Origin: Eledone cirrhosa
Lineage: Eukaryota
Length of the DNA: 64,000 nt
Direction of reading: 5' to 3'
Assembly (NCBI GenBank): GCA_964016885.1
Contig: OZ024748.1
Location: forward strand, 3,968,001 to 4,032,000
Position 1 is the stretch's first letter. Every line of letters begins with the position of its first letter. A program made the position numbers and the translations under genes. Below, one piece after another: positions 57,335 to 64,000 of the stretch. The notes beneath the pieces are model-generated. The model did not search any database. It was not told where the DNA came from and saw only the letters and a program-made list of their open reading frames with translations.

Positions 57335-57362
57335 TGGAAAACGAAAAATCAGTGATGCATCA

Positions 57363-57435
<73 letters not shown>

Positions 57436-57633
57436 TACATCATATACATATATCATATATAATAGAATATACACCCTATTGTAATATGTATATATACATA
57501 CATACTTACACACACACACATACGTATATATGTGTGTGTGTGTGTATATATATATAATATAGACAAGCGCATTGATGGGTAAACAGAGAGGTATGTGGTA
57601 GAATTAAAATAGGAGGCGTGAGAGAGTATAAGG

Positions 57634-57724
<91 letters not shown>

Positions 57725-57743
57725 AGAGGGAGAGATAGAGAGG

Positions 57744-57777
<34 letters not shown>

Positions 57778-58330
57778 GTAGAGCGCTAGGTAAGTAAGTA
57801 GGTTGAGATGTCGGTAGACAAAGATAGTTGCAAAAGGAGAGAAGTTAGGGAGTAAGGAGTGAAGAGGAACTATAGAAACGGGGCCATGGAGTTATAATAA
57901 GTGGGATACAATAGGGGGCTAGGGATAATAGGGGATCAAATAAATAAATAAATAAATAAAGTTAAGTGGGCAGAACCCTTCGTTTGACTTTTGTACAGAA
58001 AAGGGCTAACAACAACAGTAAGAAAAATATAAGGGAAAAAGTAAAGAAAATAGAAATTAAATAGTGGTGCGTGTGTGTGTGATTGTGTGTGTGTGGGTGT
58101 GTGTGTGTATTGTGTGTGTTGTGAGTATGTGTATAGTCCCTTTGTGTGCGTCTCTGTGTGTGTATGTGTGTGTGTGTATGTGTGTGTGTGTATGTGTGTG
58201 TGTGTATAATGTGAGGTGTATTGAGCTCGCGCAAATAGAGTTAAGCAGTTTTTGTGACTTTAAAAAGCAAATAATGAAAAAAAAGGAAAAAAAGAAGAAC
58301 AATGATTCATACACATTTCTATTATATATA

Positions 58331-58547
58331 CAGTCTGTTCGCCTTTTACGCGAATTTGAAGTACGCGAATTCGCTTTAACGACTCTTGAAAAAATATTAT
58401 TAGATATTCACTTTGCGCGAATAACGCGCTGTAACGCGAGCGGTTTTTAATACTTTTATTTATCAGAAATATTAGACTTGAATTACGCGAATTTGCTTTA
58501 CGCACCGCGTTCACGAACGCATCTTCGCGTAGAAAGCGAACACACTG
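58331..58547. mobile_element. Tigger/pogo-like MITE (217 bp)
   Basis: TIRs cagtctgttcgccttttacgcgaa / ttcgcgtagaaagcgaacacactg. TA at the left and TG at the right. Internal tacgcgaa repeats. Confidence 0.85.
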
Positions 58548-58548
58548 T

Positions 58549-58664
<116 letters not shown>

Positions 58665-59204
58665 TGTGTGTGTGAGTGTGTCTGTGATACTGAGACCGAG
58701 GAAAGCACTAGTCATGGGAGCACTCAATGCTTGGGGAGATGCAGAATACGTATTGAGTTTTGTAATAACGGCGGATGGAGTATTTAAAATCTAAAATAAA
58801 CAAACAGGGGAAATAACCCCGATAATATTGGATAATACAAACTTTTTTTGGGAAAATAAAGACACAGCTGTGCACCAACACCACCACCACTACCACATCA
58901 ACCATTAGCTATTATCACTACCACCACCACCACCACTACCACTACCAGCAGCAGCAGCAGCAGCAACAGCAGCGGCTATTATCACCACCACCACCACCTT
59001 TAGCTATCCCCCCCCATCACCATGACCACTGCCACTACCACCACCACCAGCTATTATCACCACCACCACCACTTTTAGCTACCCCCCCATCACCACCACC
59101 AGCCATTATAACTACCATCACTATCTCTGCCGCCGAGAACAATACCAAGTAATCCGACACTGAATATCACGAGAACCATCCAACACCCCATACCCTCCTT
59201 CCCA

Positions 59205-59596
59205 ACCACCACCCGGCCACCACCCGGCCACCACCCTGACACCACCCTGACACCACCCTACCACCACCCTGCCACCACCCTACCACCACCCTGACACCAC
59301 CCTGCCACCACCCGGCCACCACCCTACCACCACCCTACCACCACCCTGACACCACCCTGCCACCACCCGGCCACCACCCTACCACCACCCTACCACCACC
59401 CTGACACCACCCTGCCACCACCCGGCCACCACCCTGCCACCACCCTACCACCACCCGGCCGCCACCCTACCACCACCCTGCCACCACCCGGCCACCACCC
59501 TACCACCACCCTACCACCACCCTGACACCACCCTACCACCACCCTGCCACCACCCTACCACCACCCTGCCACCACCCGGCCGCCACCCTACCACTA
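59205..59596. repeat. C-rich 11-bp minisatellite (ccaccaccct/ccaccacccg variants)
   Basis: Visible 11-bp periodicity. Confidence 0.9.
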
Positions 59597-59648
59597 CTTC
59601 TCCACCACTCTGCCATTATTACTATCAACGACACATTTTTGCACTACA

Positions 59649-59687
<39 letters not shown>

Positions 59688-59702
59688 CAATATATATATA
59701 TG

Positions 59703-59735
<33 letters not shown>

Positions 59736-59848
59736 GTACACACAATATATATATATATGTCTCTCTCTCTATATATATATGTCTATATTTATATATATAT
59801 ATATATATATATGTACACACACACACACAATATATATATATATGTCTA

Positions 59849-59933
<85 letters not shown>

Positions 59934-60182
59934 AATGTATATATATATATATATATTTATTTATATATATATATACATATATATATCCTTGTTTGAGTAT
60001 GTAAGCGTTCTTTGGTTTCTTTTACACACACATATATATATACACATACACAGATATACACCCTACATCACCAGTCGTCTCTACATTAGGTATATATTAC
60101 AAAGTCAAACAGTCTATTGTGTGACATGGCTTAAACTGTTTACCTTACTACTCCCAACCTATCCCCACATCTTTTGTAGATG

Positions 60183-60247
<65 letters not shown>

Positions 60248-60299
60248 AACTGACAGATACTTAAACAGACTCATAACATTTTTTTGGTCACATATCAAG

Positions 60300-60555
60300 C
60301 GATGTCTGTGCTTGAAACTTTTTTAAAGTGAGGAAAGTCTTTGCACGGAGCCAATCCCACTCTCTGAACATGGAATGCGTTTACCACCAAAAGAAGAACT
60401 GGTCTCCATCATTGGATGGAAACGAAGTCGCAGGTTTTATATCAAAGTGACTTTCTCCTAGAGAGATATCTTAATGAAGACTAGGAGTCTCTCACTCTAC
60501 AAAAAATCTTCCTTGGATGGCCGTTGACCCCCCTGAGTTCCTCCGCCTTTTCACA
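60300..60555 (-). mobile_element. Diverged RTE-type 5' fragment related to 29590-29730
   Basis: Reverse complement has ggccatccaa...ctaggagaa..tgatataaaacctgc..tccaatgatg in the same order. Confidence 0.6.
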
Positions 60556-60761
60556 TACATGGTGGACCACAAATCGCTTTACCATTTACAAATTTGATAA
60601 AGTTTTCTTTTGCCAATAATGGATTTAAAATTTTAAAATTTGGAAAATATATTACCTGTAAATTTCCAACTAAAATATTTTTAAATCTGAAAATAAATTG
60701 TTGACCGCAAAATAAATATATTATATTTATGAATGGTAAACCATCTATCTATCTATACCCC

Positions 60762-60815
<54 letters not shown>

Positions 60816-60879
60816 CTCTCTCTCTATTGAGGATTTTGTTATAAAATTTATTTTGTTATATTTTATTTTATTTTTATAC

Positions 60880-60970
60880 TTTTATATCTTGTTATTGCCT
60901 CCTCCATATTGAGGACGCCTTTGCATGTAAACTCCCCACTTTTGATGCCCTGGTGGCAAATAAAAAGAAA

Positions 60971-60972
<2 letters not shown>
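60880..60972 (+). mobile_element. Tx1-like 3' terminus followed by (TATC)n
   Basis: atgtaaact..gccctggtggcaaataaaaagaaa, as at 50510-50570. Confidence 0.65.
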
Positions 60973-61020
<48 letters not shown>

Positions 61021-61232
61021 CACTTATCTATCTATCCATCTTTCTGCCTATGTATTTATGTATTTAAGTATATATAAAATCGGTCACTCGAATAACCTTG
61101 GATCCGCTCCAGTTGGTCACACTCGGAAGCACAGTTCACTTCACTCTTATCTGTCTTCAAGGATTGTAACTGCCAGAGTATATTGTAGAACACAGCCTTA
61201 ATTAATGATGTATATAAATATATATATATATG

Positions 61233-61322
<90 letters not shown>

Positions 61323-61352
61323 TATATGTATATGTATATATATATTTATATG

Positions 61353-61391
<39 letters not shown>

Positions 61392-61531
61392 TGTATATAT
61401 ATATTTATATATGTTGCAGGGTGAGGTGGGTAATTTTTACACGTACACTTATTCACACATCTTCGATAACGGAAAATTTATTGAATCTTGACATGGACAT
61501 ACACATACATATATGTATATATATATATATA

Positions 61532-61640
<109 letters not shown>

Positions 61641-61662
61641 GAATATATATATATATACATAC

Positions 61663-61755
<93 letters not shown>

Positions 61756-61756
61756 C

Positions 61757-61875
<119 letters not shown>

Positions 61876-61876
61876 C

Positions 61877-61937
<61 letters not shown>

Positions 61938-61942
61938 CATAC

Positions 61943-62012
<70 letters not shown>

Positions 62013-62077
62013 GAATATATATATATATATATATTTTTGCGAGGTTTTTGATATGAAATGGTGTGTCGAAACAAATA

Positions 62078-62410
62078 TTGTTATACTTAGGGAGGGTCAT
62101 ATTTGTGTAAATAAACAGACTAAATAAAGATGGCGTGGGCATACAATACAACGGGAGGAAACATAATAGCACCACTGACGATGTTGCAGATGTGCAACGA
62201 AAGAACTTTGTTAGACTATATATATGTGTTTGTGTCTATATTGTATCTGTATTTTTGACCGTTGGTCAGTCAATGGTAACATGGAGGACCGAATAAATTA
62301 AATTAACCGATATAAAAGACACAGAAGCGACAACCAACCAAACAGTGAGTGTGTTCTGTTATTAATTCTGGCAATATTACACAAATATGACCCTCCCCAA
62401 GTATAACAAT
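62078..62410 (+). mobile_element. Penelope-like terminal module with inverted copy of its 3' end
   Basis: 62078-62112 is the reverse complement of 62374-62409. Confidence 0.75.
62171..62213 (+). ncRNA. Hammerhead ribozyme type I
   Basis: CTGACGA-T-GTTGCA-gatg-TGCAAC-GAAAGAACTT. Only the variable N7 position of the core differs from 56509. Confidence 0.75.
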
Positions 62411-62451
62411 ATATATATATATATATACAGTATATATATATATATGCTTAC

Positions 62452-62494
<43 letters not shown>

Positions 62495-63561
62495 GATGCT
62501 TGATACTGACTCACTGTGTGTATGTGAGTGTGTGTGCGGATAGATGTGTATGTGTAAAGTTTGAATGTAGGATGTGGACTCGAGTGTGTATACGTGAGTG
62601 TGCACTCGTGTGTGTATATGTGAGTGCGCACTCATGTCTGTATATGTGATTGTGCACTCATGTCTGTATATGTGACTGTGCACTCGTGTGTGTATATGTG
62701 AGTGTGCACTCATGTCTGTATATGTGAGTGTGCGCGTGTGCGTGTCATGTCTTTGCACATGAGTGACACCTTTTTAGATGAACGAACGCATAATTGATGC
62801 GCATATGATTGTGATGACTACGGTGATGGTGATGATGGTGGTGGTGGTGATGGTGGTGATGATGGTGATTATGGTGATAATGACGGTGATGATGATGATG
62901 ATGGTGATGATGATGTTGGTGTTGATGATTATTATTTTCATCATGTGCAGTTGTATTTGACTGTGATTGCGTATGTGTGTGTGTTGGGTTGTTTGTGTGC
63001 GAGTGTGTATGCCTGTGAATAGTTGTGTGTATGATAGTGGTGGAGGTGGTGGTGGTGGTGGTGGTGGTGATAGTGGTGGTGGTGGTGATAGTGGTGGATG
63101 TGGTGGTGGTGGTGGTGATAGTGGTGGGGGTGGTGGTGGTGGTGGTGGTGATAGTGGTGGAGGTGGTGGTGATAGTGGTGGAGGTGATGATATATGGTGG
63201 TGGCGCTGGTGTCGGTAGTGGTGTAGGAGAGGTGATGTAAAGAATTTCTGTTCAGTCATGCGTAATGGTGACCAAGGAGCGAGACTGTCTTATTGTTAAG
63301 TTCACAATTGTTCATCTTGAACGTCGCTGTAACCACCATCACCACCATCACCACCATCACCACCATCACCACCATCATCACCATCACCATCACCACCATC
63401 ATCACCATCATCACCTTAACCACCATCATCATCACCATCACCATCACCACCATCATCACCATCATCACCTTAACCATCATCATCATAATCATCATCAACA
63501 CCACCATCACCATCACCATCACCATCACCATCATCACCATCATATATATCATCACCATCAT

Positions 63562-63626
<65 letters not shown>

Positions 63627-63628
<2 letters not shown>

Positions 63629-63819
63629 AAAAAGTATGACCCCGACGGCAGAGCTCAAGCCGTTGCGACGGTTATTTCTAGTCCAGAAATAGCCGTCGAA
63701 ACGGCTTGAGCTCTGCCGTGGGGGTCATACTTTTTCCTATTTCCCACTCTGCTACCCTAAGTATGGAGTACTCTGGTGCGTTATGGTCCATCTGGTTCCT
63801 TACCACAATTCCTTTGTTA
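63627..63819 (+). mobile_element. Hairpin-plus-tail element (13767 family)
   Basis: Arms 63627-63679 / 63686-63737, conserved tail and TA flanks. Confidence 0.85.
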
Positions 63820-63823
63820 TATA

Positions 63824-63865
<42 letters not shown>

Positions 63866-63890
63866 TATATATATACATATATACATATAT

Positions 63891-63946
<56 letters not shown>

Positions 63947-63961
63947 CATATATACATATAT

Positions 63962-64000
<39 letters not shown>

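Overview
This is eukaryotic, AT-rich, microsatellite-saturated DNA with no recognisable host-gene exon. The SINE sequences resemble those I recall from Octopus (cephalopod) genomes; that assignment is an inference. Nearly all ORFs in the track are translations of (TA)n, (CA)n, (TATG)n, (TATC)n or trinucleotide repeats. The non-simple sequence is mostly decayed mobile DNA: tRNA-derived SINEs, fragments of CR1, RTE, Tx1/L1 and R4/Dong LINEs, a DD37D-type Tc1/mariner transposase remnant, a Tigger/pogo-like MITE, a non-autonomous Helitron and several minisatellites. The main unexplained structure is a population of short modules embedded mostly in (TA)n. These carry minimal type I hammerhead-ribozyme motifs (about 15 intact or decayed copies, including a U3-A8 core variant), and at least one lies just downstream of a Penelope-type GIY-YIG remnant. 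Many modules are long palindromes with a one-sided tail. One family looks like a hammerhead whose CUGANGA strand was replaced by an antisense copy of its other half. Another family has a full tRNA cloverleaf head instead of a ribozyme. All structure calls were made by eye, with no database search or folding software.
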